Made by a program: the position numbers and the translations under genes. A model generated the notes under the pieces. It ran no database searches. It was not told the origin of the DNA and worked only from the letters and a program-made list of their open reading frames with translations. A stretch of DNA of 64,000 bases from an uncultured Acidobacteriota bacterium (GTDB taxonomy: Bacteria; Acidobacteriota; Vicinamibacteria; Vicinamibacterales; JAKQTR01), in assembly GCA_963843385.1 (NCBI GenBank), contig CAWJJY010000007.1, forward strand, positions 132,244 through 196,243. The letters run 5' to 3'. Shown one piece after another: positions 49,108 through 59,256 of this stretch; the stretch's first letter is position 1; every line of letters starts with the position of its first letter.

Positions 49108-49191
49108 CGGGGTGACCCGGGACGCACGCAAGACACCAACGTCAGTATCTTCGGTGCGCTCAACTGCCTTCATTCTAAAAGGGACCTGTTC

Positions 49192-50400
49192 ATGGACTTT
49201 GCACTGACCGACGAACACCGCATGCTGGAAGAATCCGTGCGCGAGTGGGGGAGGCGCGAAATCGCGCCGCGGATCAAGGATCTCGATCGCGAACATCGGT
49301 TCGACCCGGCGATCTTCCCTCAACTGGCCGCGCTCGGCCTGCTCGGGATCTCAGTGCCCGCCGAATACGGCGGGGCCGGCATGGACTACATCAGCCTGGG
49401 CCTGGCGAGCGAGGAGCTCGAGTATGTCGATACCTCGCTGCGCGTCATCCTGTCGGTGCACGCGGGCCTGAATTGTCTAAGCCTCCTGACGTGGGGCAAC
49501 GAGGAGCAGAAACAGCGGTACCTGGTGCCGCAAGCCAAGGGCGAGAAGATCGCGACCTACGGGCTGACCGAGCCCTCGGCGGGAAGCGACGTGCGCGGCA
49601 TTCAGTCGATCGCCGTGAAACGGGGAGACCGCTACGTGCTGACCGGCGAGAAGATGTGGATCTCGCTGGCCGACGTGGCGGACCACTTCCTCGTCTTCGC
49701 CTGGAGCGATCTCGAGAAGAAGAAGCTGCGCGATCCCTCGGGACTGACGGCGTTCCTGGTCGAGCGGAGCTTCAAGGGGTTCTCGAGCGGCACGATCAAG
49801 GAGAAGTGGGGAATTCTTGCCGGCAACACGGGATACTTCAAGATGGACGAGATGGAGGTGCCCGCGGAAAACGTCTTGGGCCGGCCGGGTGAGGGGTTCA
49901 AGATCGCGATGTTCGCGCTCGACCAGGGGCGGTTCACCGTGGCGGCCGGCGCGACCGGTCTCATCCGCGCCTGCCGGGATGCCAGCGTCAAGTACGCCAG
50001 GGAACGGCGGGCGTTCGGCGTCGAGATCGCCCAGCATCAGCTCGTGAAAGAGATGATCGCCCAGATGGAATCCGACTATCAGGCCTCACGGCTGCTCTGG
50101 CAAAGAGCCGGCTGGCTGAAGAACACCGGGCGCCGCTGCACCCGGGAAACCGGCCTGGCCAAGTGGTTCGCCACCGTCGCCTCCGAACGTGCGGCCGGGA
50201 ATGCGGTGGAGGTTCACGGGGCCAATGGCTACTCGGACGACTATCCGGTGGGCCGCTTCTATCGCAACTGCAAGGGAGCGGTGATCTACGAGGGGACTCG
50301 GGAAGTGCACACGCTGATGCAGGCTGACTACGTGCTCGGCTATCGAATCGACCGGCCCACGCGCTGCGAACTGCCTGCGGCGGACCACTCGTCGTCGTAA
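49192..50400 (+). CDS. Acyl-CoA dehydrogenase
   Basis: YGLTEPSAGSD, GEKMWIS, FGVEIAQHQLV, VHGANGY, IYEGT. Confidence 0.93.
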   Translation: MDFALTDEHRMLEESVREWGRREIAPRIKDLDREHRFDPAIFPQLAALGLLGISVPAEYGGAGMDYISLGLASEELEYVDTSLRVILSVHAGLNCLSLLTWGNEEQKQRYLVPQAKGEKIATYGLTEPSAGSDVRGIQSIAVKRGDRYVLTGEKMWISLADVADHFLVFAWSDLEKKKLRDPSGLTAFLVERSFKGFSSGTIKEKWGILAGNTGYFKMDEMEVPAENVLGRPGEGFKIAMFALDQGRFTVAAGATGLIRACRDASVKYARERRAFGVEIAQHQLVKEMIAQMESDYQASRLLWQRAGWLKNTGRRCTRETGLAKWFATVASERAAGNAVEVHGANGYSDDYPVGRFYRNCKGAVIYEGTREVHTLMQADYVLGYRIDRPTRCELPAADHSSS

Positions 50401-50482
50401 TCCTGCCCGAGAGCGCGACGCGGGCCTTCACGCCAGAGCGGGAAGGTCCGCGCCGACAGACTGCACAAGGCCATTGGGGCGG

Positions 50483-50944
50483 CTACTTGACCTGCAGGGA
50501 ATCGATGTAGGTCACGAGGTTGACCAGGCGAAGCAGCGCGCCATCGTCGCCATAGACGCTCTTGAAGACCGGCCCCCACATGGGCATCTCCTCGGTGCCA
50601 TGCGCCGGAATCAGCCTGCCGCGGCCCGTGACGGCCGTCTCCACGTCTGCTCGCGAAAGCTTGCCCCTGGTGCTCTTCGCGAGCAGCGTCAGATCAGGCA
50701 GGCGGCTCCTGAGGGCGATGGCGGCCGGACCATCGCCTTTGCCGTCGGTCCCATGGCAGACCGCACAATACGCGTTGTAGAGGTCCGCACCGCCGACCGA
50801 ATGGATGCTTGGTGCCGGCCCGTTCTTGATGACAGGAGAAAAGTACGGCGACGGCTCCTGCGCCACCGCGGCGAGTGCGACCGACACCAGGACGATGATG
50901 AAGCTGAACAGGATTCCTACATAACGACGTCCATGAAGATGCAT
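50483..50944 (-). CDS. Monoheme cytochrome c
   Basis: GGAGG RBS; signal peptide; CAVCH; 'MPMWG' axial Met. Confidence 0.88.
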   Translation of the reverse strand: MHLHGRRYVGILFSFIIVLVSVALAAVAQEPSPYFSPVIKNGPAPSIHSVGGADLYNAYCAVCHGTDGKGDGPAAIALRSRLPDLTLLAKSTRGKLSRADVETAVTGRGRLIPAHGTEEMPMWGPVFKSVYGDDGALLRLVNLVTYIDSLQVK

Positions 50945-51307
50945 GATGACCTCCACCCTGGATGAGACACCTGGCCGGCTGGCAGCGCAGGTACGGAAAG
51001 CTCGGATCGTGACCGACCGCTCTTGCTGGGGTTTACTCGCCGTCTCAGGGGGGACTCGGGGCGATCGGCGGGTAGATCGAGAAAGGGCATCCGGGCCCTT
51101 GTTGCGAAGCCGCTACAGGATACACCCATTGCCGGGTTGGAACAAAGGCAGGTCAGGGCCGGGTCAGGGGCTTGCTTCGACCGCCAGATGTTCGGGCGAT
51201 GCCAACGGGAGGATGACTCCCGGCAGTGGCCGAGACCTCTTTGGCCCCCGATCGATCTGCGCGGGGTCGATCGACCGGGAAGGCGAGCGTTCCTGGCGGC
51301 GGTCGTC

Positions 51308-52603
51308 TCAGGCTTCCAACGACCGCCCTCGGGTTTCTGGTCCGAGCCACAGCAGCGCGATCAACAGCAGCCCGGATCCCGCGATGCAGGCGGCCATCGC
51401 CGCCGGGAGCGTCAGTCCGCGGTCTTGCAGCGATCCCACGAGGAACGGCGCGAACGAGGCGACACCCGCACCGACGTGGTAGGCGAAGCCGGTGCCGGCG
51501 GCCCGAGCGGCGGTCGGAAAGCGCTCGGTGAGATAGCTCGGCACGATGCCGAAACTGCCCGCACCGAAGAATCCCATCATCAGCGCTCCGACCCAGAGCA
51601 ACGACGGGCTCGCCGCGTAGAGATAGAGCGGGATCACGAGGATCCCTGCCAGCGCCGCCAGGCTCGACGCGCCGCGCCGCCCCAGCCGCGTCTCCGACAT
51701 TCGACCACAGAAGACGTTGCCCGTGAGATTGCCGATGTTGAGGGCGATCAGGTACGGGAGCGTCGCCCGCCCCATCAGGCCAAGGTAAGTCGGGTACCAG
51801 AAGCTGATCGCGTAATAGAAGAACAGGAACGCCGCCATGATGAGCGACGCGTGGATGGTCGTGGGAAGGATGCCCCTGTGGAACAGCCGCAGGAGTGACA
51901 TCGTGTCGTGCTCGCTGCGGTCCTTCAGGTCCTGCCGGCGCTGGAGCCACACCGGGCTCTCAGGCACCCTGGACATGATCCAGAGAACGAGGAATGCGGG
52001 CAGGATGCCGATCCACAACATCACCCGCCATCCCATGTCCGTGCCGCCGTTGACCAGCGGATAGCCGAACTGGTACACGATTGCCGACAGGATGAATCCG
52101 ACGGAGTAGCCGCCCTGCAGGAGCCCGGACATCACGCCGCGGCGATTCGGCGGCCAGTGTTCGAGCGTGAGCGGCATCCCCGCGGCCCAGACCCCGCCCA
52201 TGCCGATACCGAACAGCGCCCGGCAGGCAAACAGGACGCGGTACAAAGTCGAGAAGCCTCCGAGGAACGAAAACAACGAATACCAGAGGATGGAGAACAT
52301 CAGGGGCCCTTTGCGCCCCCATCGATCTGCCACGGTGCCGGCTCCAATCCCGCCGGCAATTCTGAAGAAGAGCGTGACCGTCCCGAGCGCCCCCGCCAGG
52401 GCCTTGCTGACCGTGAACGAGTGCTGGATGTCGACGAGGAGGAACGAGACGATGGTGAAGTCGAACCCGTCGAGCACCCAGCCGAGGAACGTCGCCCAGA
52501 ATGCCCTCCACTGAGCGGTTGTCACCCCTTGATACCAGCGCTGGCCGGCTTTCGGGGCGGTGGCGCTCCCTGTCGCCGCTATGCTGGTTGAAGGCACGTT
52601 CAC
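51308..52603 (-). CDS. MFS transporter, SHS (NanT/Jen1-like carboxylate) family
   Basis: 'LGWVLDGFDF', 'ADRWGRK', 'GIGMGGVW', 'SGLLQGGYSVG', 'ERFPT'. Confidence 0.88.
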   Translation of the reverse strand: MNVPSTSIAATGSATAPKAGQRWYQGVTTAQWRAFWATFLGWVLDGFDFTIVSFLLVDIQHSFTVSKALAGALGTVTLFFRIAGGIGAGTVADRWGRKGPLMFSILWYSLFSFLGGFSTLYRVLFACRALFGIGMGGVWAAGMPLTLEHWPPNRRGVMSGLLQGGYSVGFILSAIVYQFGYPLVNGGTDMGWRVMLWIGILPAFLVLWIMSRVPESPVWLQRRQDLKDRSEHDTMSLLRLFHRGILPTTIHASLIMAAFLFFYYAISFWYPTYLGLMGRATLPYLIALNIGNLTGNVFCGRMSETRLGRRGASSLAALAGILVIPLYLYAASPSLLWVGALMMGFFGAGSFGIVPSYLTERFPTAARAAGTGFAYHVGAGVASFAPFLVGSLQDRGLTLPAAMAACIAGSGLLLIALLWLGPETRGRSLEA

Positions 52604-52729
52604 GCAAGACCCCCTGTCGACTGCCCGTCAGACACGTCGTGCCGAATCGATCGTCGCCGATGGTGTCGTCTGCGGCCGGGCGCCTGCACCACTGCAGGCG
52701 CCCGGTCGAGGAAGGCGCGGCTCTGGCAA

Positions 52730-55648
52730 TCAGAACGCGAACTGGAGTCCCACGCGAGCGATGCGCGGCGGCGTGATCTCCGACTGGGCCCCGTAGGTCT
52801 GTCCGGAGAGGAAGCTGATGGTCGTCGGGACATTCGAGTTCAGGACGTTGAACACCTGTACGGACGCCGTGAGGCGCCTCGCCCCGCGGAGGCTGAACAC
52901 CCGGCTCAGTTTGAAGTTGAGGACGCGCTGATTGGGCAGGCGTTGCGATCCGGGCGGTCCCAGTGCCACGGTCAGCTGGCTGGCGTTGGCCAACGGCGTG
53001 CCCCCGAGCGGATCGGCGGTCCGGAAGATATAGGTGCGCGTCGCCGAGGCCCCGGACACGAGGTTGAACATCCCGGCCACCACGAAGTCGAACGGCAGGC
53101 GGTAGGTGCCGTACACCTTGCCGGCCCACGGTGACGTGTTGTCGACCGGGTAGATTTCTTCGTTGGGATTGTCCGGAATGGCGACGTTCCACACGTGCTG
53201 CTTGTACATCTGGAAGGACGCGGCCAGGTCCCAGGTCTTCGAGGGCCGCTTGGCGATCGCGATCTCGAAGCCTTTGTACGTATTCGGACGATTGGAGGGC
53301 CGGTTCATGGGTACCTCGACCACGAATTGGCTGCCGCGGTAATTGGACGTGAAATCCCAGAGCTGCACCGCCCCGCCATCGTCCGCCGTATTGATCACGC
53401 CGTCCGGCCCCGGATCGCGCCGTGTGACCGGAATCGTCCATGCGCTGTACGGCCGCCCGATATTGACGTTCTCATACAGGCGATTCTCGGTCTTGTAGAG
53501 CAACATCACGCGGAACGAGACCTCCGCCATGAGCTCGTGCTCCAGCGTGACGGACATTTCGCGAGTGTACGGCTGCTTCAGGTTCTTGTTCGCCTGCACA
53601 CCCTGGCCAAACGAGCCTCCCGCGCCCGCCACGCCGGCCCCGCCGATGCTGACAAAGTCTGGAGAGGTCGGGCTGAAGTCGACTTCTCCCGGGTCATAGA
53701 GCCTGTTCCCGTTCAGGTCGTGCCACTTCCATGTCGTGGTAACCAGACCGTTCGGGTTCAGGGTGTTCGACATCTCCTCGGAGATCTCGTGATTGAAATG
53801 GCCCCACTGCGCCTTCAGGAGGGTTGTCGCGTGCCCGGTGATGTCCCAGACCACGCCAATGCGCGGTGCCCACGCTGTCCAGTTGTACATGGGCTCGCCG
53901 GGGAAGAACCCTGCGGTCGAGAACTCGCCCGCGACCTTGGTCGAGTCCCACGTGTAGCCCTTGTAGTGCTCCCACCGAAGACCGAGGTTCACCGTCGCAC
54001 GACCGAAACGCCACGTGTCCCTGATATATGCCGCCGGATACAGCGACGTCGCCCCGACGTCGACCGGACGATTCTCGGTCCTGATCTGGATGGGAGTGCC
54101 GTTGTCGTACACGCGAATGTAGTTGCCGGAGGGCCGGTTCCATCGCTGGGAGTTGATGGTCCAGATGCCGTATTGGAACCCTGCCTTGAACTCGTGCTTC
54201 CCGCCGAGGAACCTGGAAGGGAAGTAACTCACGCTGGTGGAGAATTGAGGGCTGTTCTTGTCGGTGTAGAGCTGGAGAGCAGGACCGGTCCAGATCTTGG
54301 TGGCCTGGTCGTAGGTGGGCGGGTTCCCCGCGACGTCGACGCCGTCCTGCGGCCGCCACTTCGCGTCGTATCCCGCCCAGCCGTACTGCGCCGTGACCAT
54401 CAGCCTGTCGCTCAACATGCTCGAGAACTCGAACTTGTAGGGGTGAGGGTCGTATGGGTAGTCCCAGGTGTTCTCCCACGGCTGATACTGACTCGCGTTG
54501 CGTGCAAATTCGTGCTTGAGCGAACGAGAGTAGGTCGCGACGAACCGGTTCTTGGTCGAGATCTGCCACGAGAGCTTGGAGTTCAGGTTCGTGTTGTCCA
54601 TCTGGTTGTGGCCAAGCACATCGTCGGCAGTCCCGTACTTCCCGTCTGGGCCGGGAGACTTTGCAAAGCCGATGACATTCTCGTTACGCCGGATATGACG
54701 TTCGGAGACGAAGAACCACACCCTGTCCCGAATGATCCGGCCGCCCAGCTGGGCGCCCAGGTCCCACTGGTAGTTGAGCTTGTTCGACCCCGTCACGCCC
54801 TGGGCTCTCTGCGTCGCATCGATGTTGCTGGCCTGCAGCTGCGGGGCCTGGAACTCGCCCGACGCGAGCCCGTGGAACGTGTTGCCGCCCGATTGCAGCA
54901 CCGCTTTCCAGGCCACCCCGGGCGGCCCGACTTCCGCGTCGTTTCCGATCGCATTGACCTGCACTTCCTGCAGGGCAGAGGGGTCCATATACGCGCCGCT
55001 GCCACCCGTGCCGAGTCGGACGTTGACGCCCTCCATCATCGGCGCGCCCTGGGTCGACCCGAAATTGCTACCGCCGTCGGCCTGGCCCCCGGCCCGGCTG
55101 CCCCCGACGTCGAGCTGGCCCCCATAGCGCACTCCGGGCGCCATCGCGATGGCCTCGCCGAAATTCCTGCCTGTCGGAATGGCCGCAATGACGTCCTTGG
55201 TCACGTTGGTGGAAACCGTCGTCGACGCGATGTCCACCACCGGGGACTGGCCGGAGACCGTCACAGTTTCGTTGAACTGCCCGACCTTCATCGTCATGTC
55301 AACCCGGGCGTTGAAGCCTGCATTGATGGTCAGGCTGTCGCGCACCACGGCTTGAAATCCCTCGAGCTCGAATTTCACCTGATACATGCCGGGCTGCAGG
55401 TCTCGGAACTCGTACGCGCCGTCCGAGCCCGTGACTTTGGTGACCGCTCTCAGTTGGAGCGCCGGACTGCTGGCGGTGACGGTGACGCCGGGCACAGCGC
55501 CGCCCGTTTCGTCCACGGCTTTGCCAGAAATCGTCGACGACCCAACCGTCTGCGCAGCGGCGGCTCCAGTCCACAGACCCAGAAGCACGACGACCGCCGC
55601 AATACGCATCAAGATGTGCCCGCTTCGACTGTGTACTCGGCACTCCAT
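52730..55648 (-). CDS. TonB-dependent receptor (Oar-like)
   Basis: Signal peptide; 'ISGKAVDETGGAVPGVTV', 'VNLGLRWE'; C-terminal 'VGLQFAF'. Confidence 0.9.
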   Translation of the reverse strand: MECRVHSRSGHILMRIAAVVVLLGLWTGAAAAQTVGSSTISGKAVDETGGAVPGVTVTASSPALQLRAVTKVTGSDGAYEFRDLQPGMYQVKFELEGFQAVVRDSLTINAGFNARVDMTMKVGQFNETVTVSGQSPVVDIASTTVSTNVTKDVIAAIPTGRNFGEAIAMAPGVRYGGQLDVGGSRAGGQADGGSNFGSTQGAPMMEGVNVRLGTGGSGAYMDPSALQEVQVNAIGNDAEVGPPGVAWKAVLQSGGNTFHGLASGEFQAPQLQASNIDATQRAQGVTGSNKLNYQWDLGAQLGGRIIRDRVWFFVSERHIRRNENVIGFAKSPGPDGKYGTADDVLGHNQMDNTNLNSKLSWQISTKNRFVATYSRSLKHEFARNASQYQPWENTWDYPYDPHPYKFEFSSMLSDRLMVTAQYGWAGYDAKWRPQDGVDVAGNPPTYDQATKIWTGPALQLYTDKNSPQFSTSVSYFPSRFLGGKHEFKAGFQYGIWTINSQRWNRPSGNYIRVYDNGTPIQIRTENRPVDVGATSLYPAAYIRDTWRFGRATVNLGLRWEHYKGYTWDSTKVAGEFSTAGFFPGEPMYNWTAWAPRIGVVWDITGHATTLLKAQWGHFNHEISEEMSNTLNPNGLVTTTWKWHDLNGNRLYDPGEVDFSPTSPDFVSIGGAGVAGAGGSFGQGVQANKNLKQPYTREMSVTLEHELMAEVSFRVMLLYKTENRLYENVNIGRPYSAWTIPVTRRDPGPDGVINTADDGGAVQLWDFTSNYRGSQFVVEVPMNRPSNRPNTYKGFEIAIAKRPSKTWDLAASFQMYKQHVWNVAIPDNPNEEIYPVDNTSPWAGKVYGTYRLPFDFVVAGMFNLVSGASATRTYIFRTADPLGGTPLANASQLTVALGPPGSQRLPNQRVLNFKLSRVFSLRGARRLTASVQVFNVLNSNVPTTISFLSGQTYGAQSEITPPRIARVGLQFAF

Positions 55649-55790
55649 GATCTCTTCCCTCCTACCTTTCCTTCGAACCCGAATTTCTTCTCACCATCGA
55701 TATCAATCGCACTCTCACCACCTCGTACCCCGACGACGCGCCCGACAGGGCCGCGCGCCGGTGGCGCGGCCGCCACGAGTCATCCGACCG

Positions 55791-57299
55791 CTACCACACC
55801 CGGGTGCCCCAATCCACGTTCTCGCGGAGAGTCTTCTTCAGGATTTTTCCGCCCGGGTTCCTCGGCAGCAGGTCTCCGGTGATGACGACGTATTGAGGGA
55901 CCTTGTATTCGGCCAGCCGCCCTCTCACGCTGTCGAGAAGCTCGTCCACCTTCACCTGGCGGCCTGGCTTGAGGACGACCAGTGCCGCGACCCGTTCGCC
56001 CATCATGTCGTCCTTCACGCCCATCACCGCCGCCTCGAACACGGCCGGATGTGCGGAGAGCACGCCCTCGACCTCGACGCAGTACACGTGTTCGCCGCCG
56101 CGGTTCACCATGTCCTTCTTGCGGTCGCAGATCTGGACGAATCCTTCCTCGTCAATCCGCGCGAGGTCCCCGGTGTGCAGCCAGCCGTCGACGAAGGTCG
56201 CCGCAGTGGCTTCCGGTTTGTTCCAGTAGCCCTTGACGACATTGGGCCCGCGAACGAGCAGTTCGCCGACGCCGCCATTCGACGACGGGGGTTCCAGCTT
56301 CAGGTCGACGACCGGCGCGGAAAAGCCCACGGTCTCCGGCCGCACGCGCGCATAGTCGTGGGGCAGATACGTCGCCATTGCCGATGTCTCTGTCAGGCCG
56401 AAGCCATTGCCGACGCGCGCCCTGGGAAATGCCTCGAGGATTCGCTGGACCAGGTCCGGAGCAATCGGCGCTCCTCCGTAGGCGAGAGAGCGGATGCTCG
56501 ACGTGTCGAACTCGCGGAAGTTGGACTGGTTGATGGCAAGCCAGTAGATCGACGGCACGGCCAGCACCACGTTGATCCGTTCCGCCTCGATCGCGTTCAG
56601 GAACGCCTGAATCTGGAAGGCGGGCATGATCACGGTCGTACCCCTGGCCTCGCACGTCGGCAGCAGGAGACTGTTGCAGCCGGTGACATGGAACAGCGGC
56701 ACCGAGACAAGGGTGCGAGCGGTCCCGTCGAACGGCAGCAGGCCGATTCGCCGGCACGTCTCGATGTTTGAGAGGAATCCCTGGTGCGAGAGCATAGCGC
56801 CTTTGGGGAATCCTGTCGTTCCGCTCGTATAGAAGATCGCCGCGACATCCTCTTGCCCGAGATCCTCCTCGGCCATCCCGGCCCGGTCCGGCAGCGGTGC
56901 ATCAGGGTGGAACACGAACGCGCTGCCCGAGTCACCGACGACGTACTCGGCCTCGGCGTCGGTGAACCGCGTGTTCACCGGCACTGCGATGGCGCCGGCC
57001 ATCTGGGTGCCAAAGAACGCCAGGCACCAGTTGAGCCCGTTGCGAAGGCGGATCGCCACGCGGTCGCCGCGGGTGATTCCGCCCGCCCGCAGCCCGCCGG
57101 CCACGCGGCTCGCGCGATCCCACAGCTGTCGATACGTGACCCGCTGGCCATCCAGCTCGACGATCGCCTCGACATCCGGCGCCTCCTCGACCGTGCGGCG
57201 CAGCATCTCGACGAGCGACGAGGGTCGATGCTGATATCGCGCGATCCCGTCCGCGCCGCGCACGATCCCCGACTCATCAAACGGGTGGATTCGCCGCAT
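55791..57299 (-). CDS. Acyl-CoA synthetase (class I adenylate-forming, complete)
   Basis: YTSGTTGFPKG, GFGLTE, GWLHTGD, DRKKDMVNRGG, A10 'PRNPGGKILK'. Confidence 0.92.
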   Translation of the reverse strand: MRRIHPFDESGIVRGADGIARYQHRPSSLVEMLRRTVEEAPDVEAIVELDGQRVTYRQLWDRASRVAGGLRAGGITRGDRVAIRLRNGLNWCLAFFGTQMAGAIAVPVNTRFTDAEAEYVVGDSGSAFVFHPDAPLPDRAGMAEEDLGQEDVAAIFYTSGTTGFPKGAMLSHQGFLSNIETCRRIGLLPFDGTARTLVSVPLFHVTGCNSLLLPTCEARGTTVIMPAFQIQAFLNAIEAERINVVLAVPSIYWLAINQSNFREFDTSSIRSLAYGGAPIAPDLVQRILEAFPRARVGNGFGLTETSAMATYLPHDYARVRPETVGFSAPVVDLKLEPPSSNGGVGELLVRGPNVVKGYWNKPEATAATFVDGWLHTGDLARIDEEGFVQICDRKKDMVNRGGEHVYCVEVEGVLSAHPAVFEAAVMGVKDDMMGERVAALVVLKPGRQVKVDELLDSVRGRLAEYKVPQYVVITGDLLPRNPGGKILKKTLRENVDWGTRVW

Positions 57300-57879
57300 T
57301 ACCAGGCCCCTCGTCGCGTCCTACGGCCGCCACGGTCGTCATCGCGCGTCTCCGGTTGTTCGTCTGGCGTGGCCCAGACGAAGACGCGCAGCGGCTCCGC
57401 CTGAGGCCGCGGCAGCGCACCGGTCACCTCGCACCATCCGCCATCGGACTCGGACTCCATCCACCACCTCATCCGACTGAATTCGACCTGTCGCGAGGCA
57501 ACAGTGCACGAGTGGCCTGCGCGAGAGGCGGACGCACCGCGTCACTCCCCGACGAGCCCTGCCCTGAGCTGATCCGGATGCCCGCTCGGGAACACCCGCG
57601 CTCCGCGACCTCAATGTGCTTGGATTGCCTGCTTGGTGACAGAGAGTATGGAAGCCGCTTGCGAATTACAAGTCGCAAAAAGGGGAGAATTGAGGCGCTG
57701 GCGCGCCCACGGGCATGTAGTCCAAACGCTCACACCGAAATCCCGCGGCCTTCCGTGCCGGCTGGCGGCATATCACCGCACGACAGCGCCCGATCGTGTG
57801 ATCCTCGAAACCACGGGACCGGGCACCATGCGGCGATATCGTACTGATTCAGCCAGAGTTCGCAGGCTGTACCCGTCCG

Positions 57880-58110
57880 ACTACCAGCGAGTTCGTGCTG
57901 ACCTCCGACGGCCACGTGCAGTCGAGCGCGGTGTACCGTGCGGTCGTTCGCCACAAAGCGCCGCTCGCCTACAACTCGGTGGGGGCGTGGCTGGAAGGCC
58001 ACGGCAGAGCGCCCTCGAAGGGCGCAGTGCCTCCGGACCAGCAGTCGCAACTTCGTGTTCAGAACCAGGCCGCGCATAGCCCTCTCGGTCGAGACCGTCT
58101 CGCGCACCGC
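57880..58110 (+). pseudogene. Fragment resembling an RNB (RNase II/R) domain
   Basis: 'EFVLTSDGHVQSSAVYRAVVRHKAPLAYNSVGAWLEG' and off-frame 'ALSVETVS'; no intact ORF. Recognised from memory only. Confidence 0.45.
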
Positions 58111-58299
58111 CCGTCGCGTGCGGCCGGTCGCAGGTCCGTTGGCAGACCCATGTCCTCTATTGCACAGACGCGGCCGCCGGCCCTCACGTAGCATTCCAGG
58201 TGCAGTCCGACGTCGAGTTCGAGGCGCGATGGATACACGCGCGAGGCGCCTGGCTCGCGAACTCGAGGGCGTTTTGCCCGCCACACCGGAGGGTGCACT

Positions 58300-59085
58300 A
58301 TGACAGTCAAGATCTTCAATCGGATGGTCGTCGCCGTCGCCGTCAGCGCGGTTTCGCTGGTCGGAACCAGCGCGTTGACCTCTACGCTGCAGGACACTCG
58401 CCAGAATGAGAACGAGAAACAGGGTCAGAGGCAGAAGGAGAACCAGAAGCAGAACAACGGCCAGAACGCGAGGCAGCAGCGCCTGTCACAGCAGGAGCAG
58501 CAGGCACGGATCAGTCAGCAGCAGCAGCGCCTGACGCAATACCGTGATCACCTGGTCCAGCAGCGGCAGCCCGCCCAGCAGCGCGCGGCGCAGTTGCAGC
58601 AGCAGAAGCGCACCGCACAGTTCCGCTTTCAGCAGGGCTACACCTCGCGCCTGCGCCAGCAGGAATCGCGAGTTCAGAACACGCGCAACTACAACTATGG
58701 TCGCGATCCGTACTTCTACACGCCGTCGAGCCTCCGGTACTCTCGTGGCGGCCAGTTCTACGAGACGAACCAGTACGGTGCGACGTTGCTCCGGCAGGCC
58801 GTGAACTTCGGCTACGAAGAGGGCTTCCGGGCCGGACAGGCGGACCAGCAGGATCGGTGGGCCTCCGATTACCAGAGCTCCTATGCCTACCAGGATGCCA
58901 ACTACGGATACACCGGGTACTACGTGGAACGGGACGACTACAACTTCTACTTCCGCGAGGGCTTCCGTCGCGGTTATGAAGATGGCTACAGCCGCCACTA
59001 CCAGTACGGCACGTACACCGGGGGCAGACCCTCGTTGCTGGGCAGCGTGTTGTCGGTCATTCTCAGCTTCGACTCGATTCGCTAG
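58300..59085 (+). CDS. Secreted Gln-rich hypothetical protein with Tyr/Gly-rich C-terminus
   Basis: GGAGGG RBS; signal peptide; Q-rich coiled coil; 'GYEEGFRAG' and 'GFRRGYEDGY' motifs. Confidence 0.75.
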   Translation: MTVKIFNRMVVAVAVSAVSLVGTSALTSTLQDTRQNENEKQGQRQKENQKQNNGQNARQQRLSQQEQQARISQQQQRLTQYRDHLVQQRQPAQQRAAQLQQQKRTAQFRFQQGYTSRLRQQESRVQNTRNYNYGRDPYFYTPSSLRYSRGGQFYETNQYGATLLRQAVNFGYEEGFRAGQADQQDRWASDYQSSYAYQDANYGYTGYYVERDDYNFYFREGFRRGYEDGYSRHYQYGTYTGGRPSLLGSVLSVILSFDSIR

Positions 59086-59256
59086 ACGCCGCGAGTCTCT
59101 CGCCGGGAACATGCGCCCGGGACCCACCGCGGATAGCGAGTGCGCCCGGGCGCACGTGTTTCGGGACCGTACTGGCGCCGGACGAGGCAGGGAAAGACCA
59201 CGTGCGGGCCGGGACGCATCGCCCATGCCGGCCAGCCGCTGTGGGACGACGAACCG

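Noticed and set aside
58400-58680. CAG-rich stretch as a DNA repeat element
   Set aside because: Explained by the Gln-rich coding sequence.
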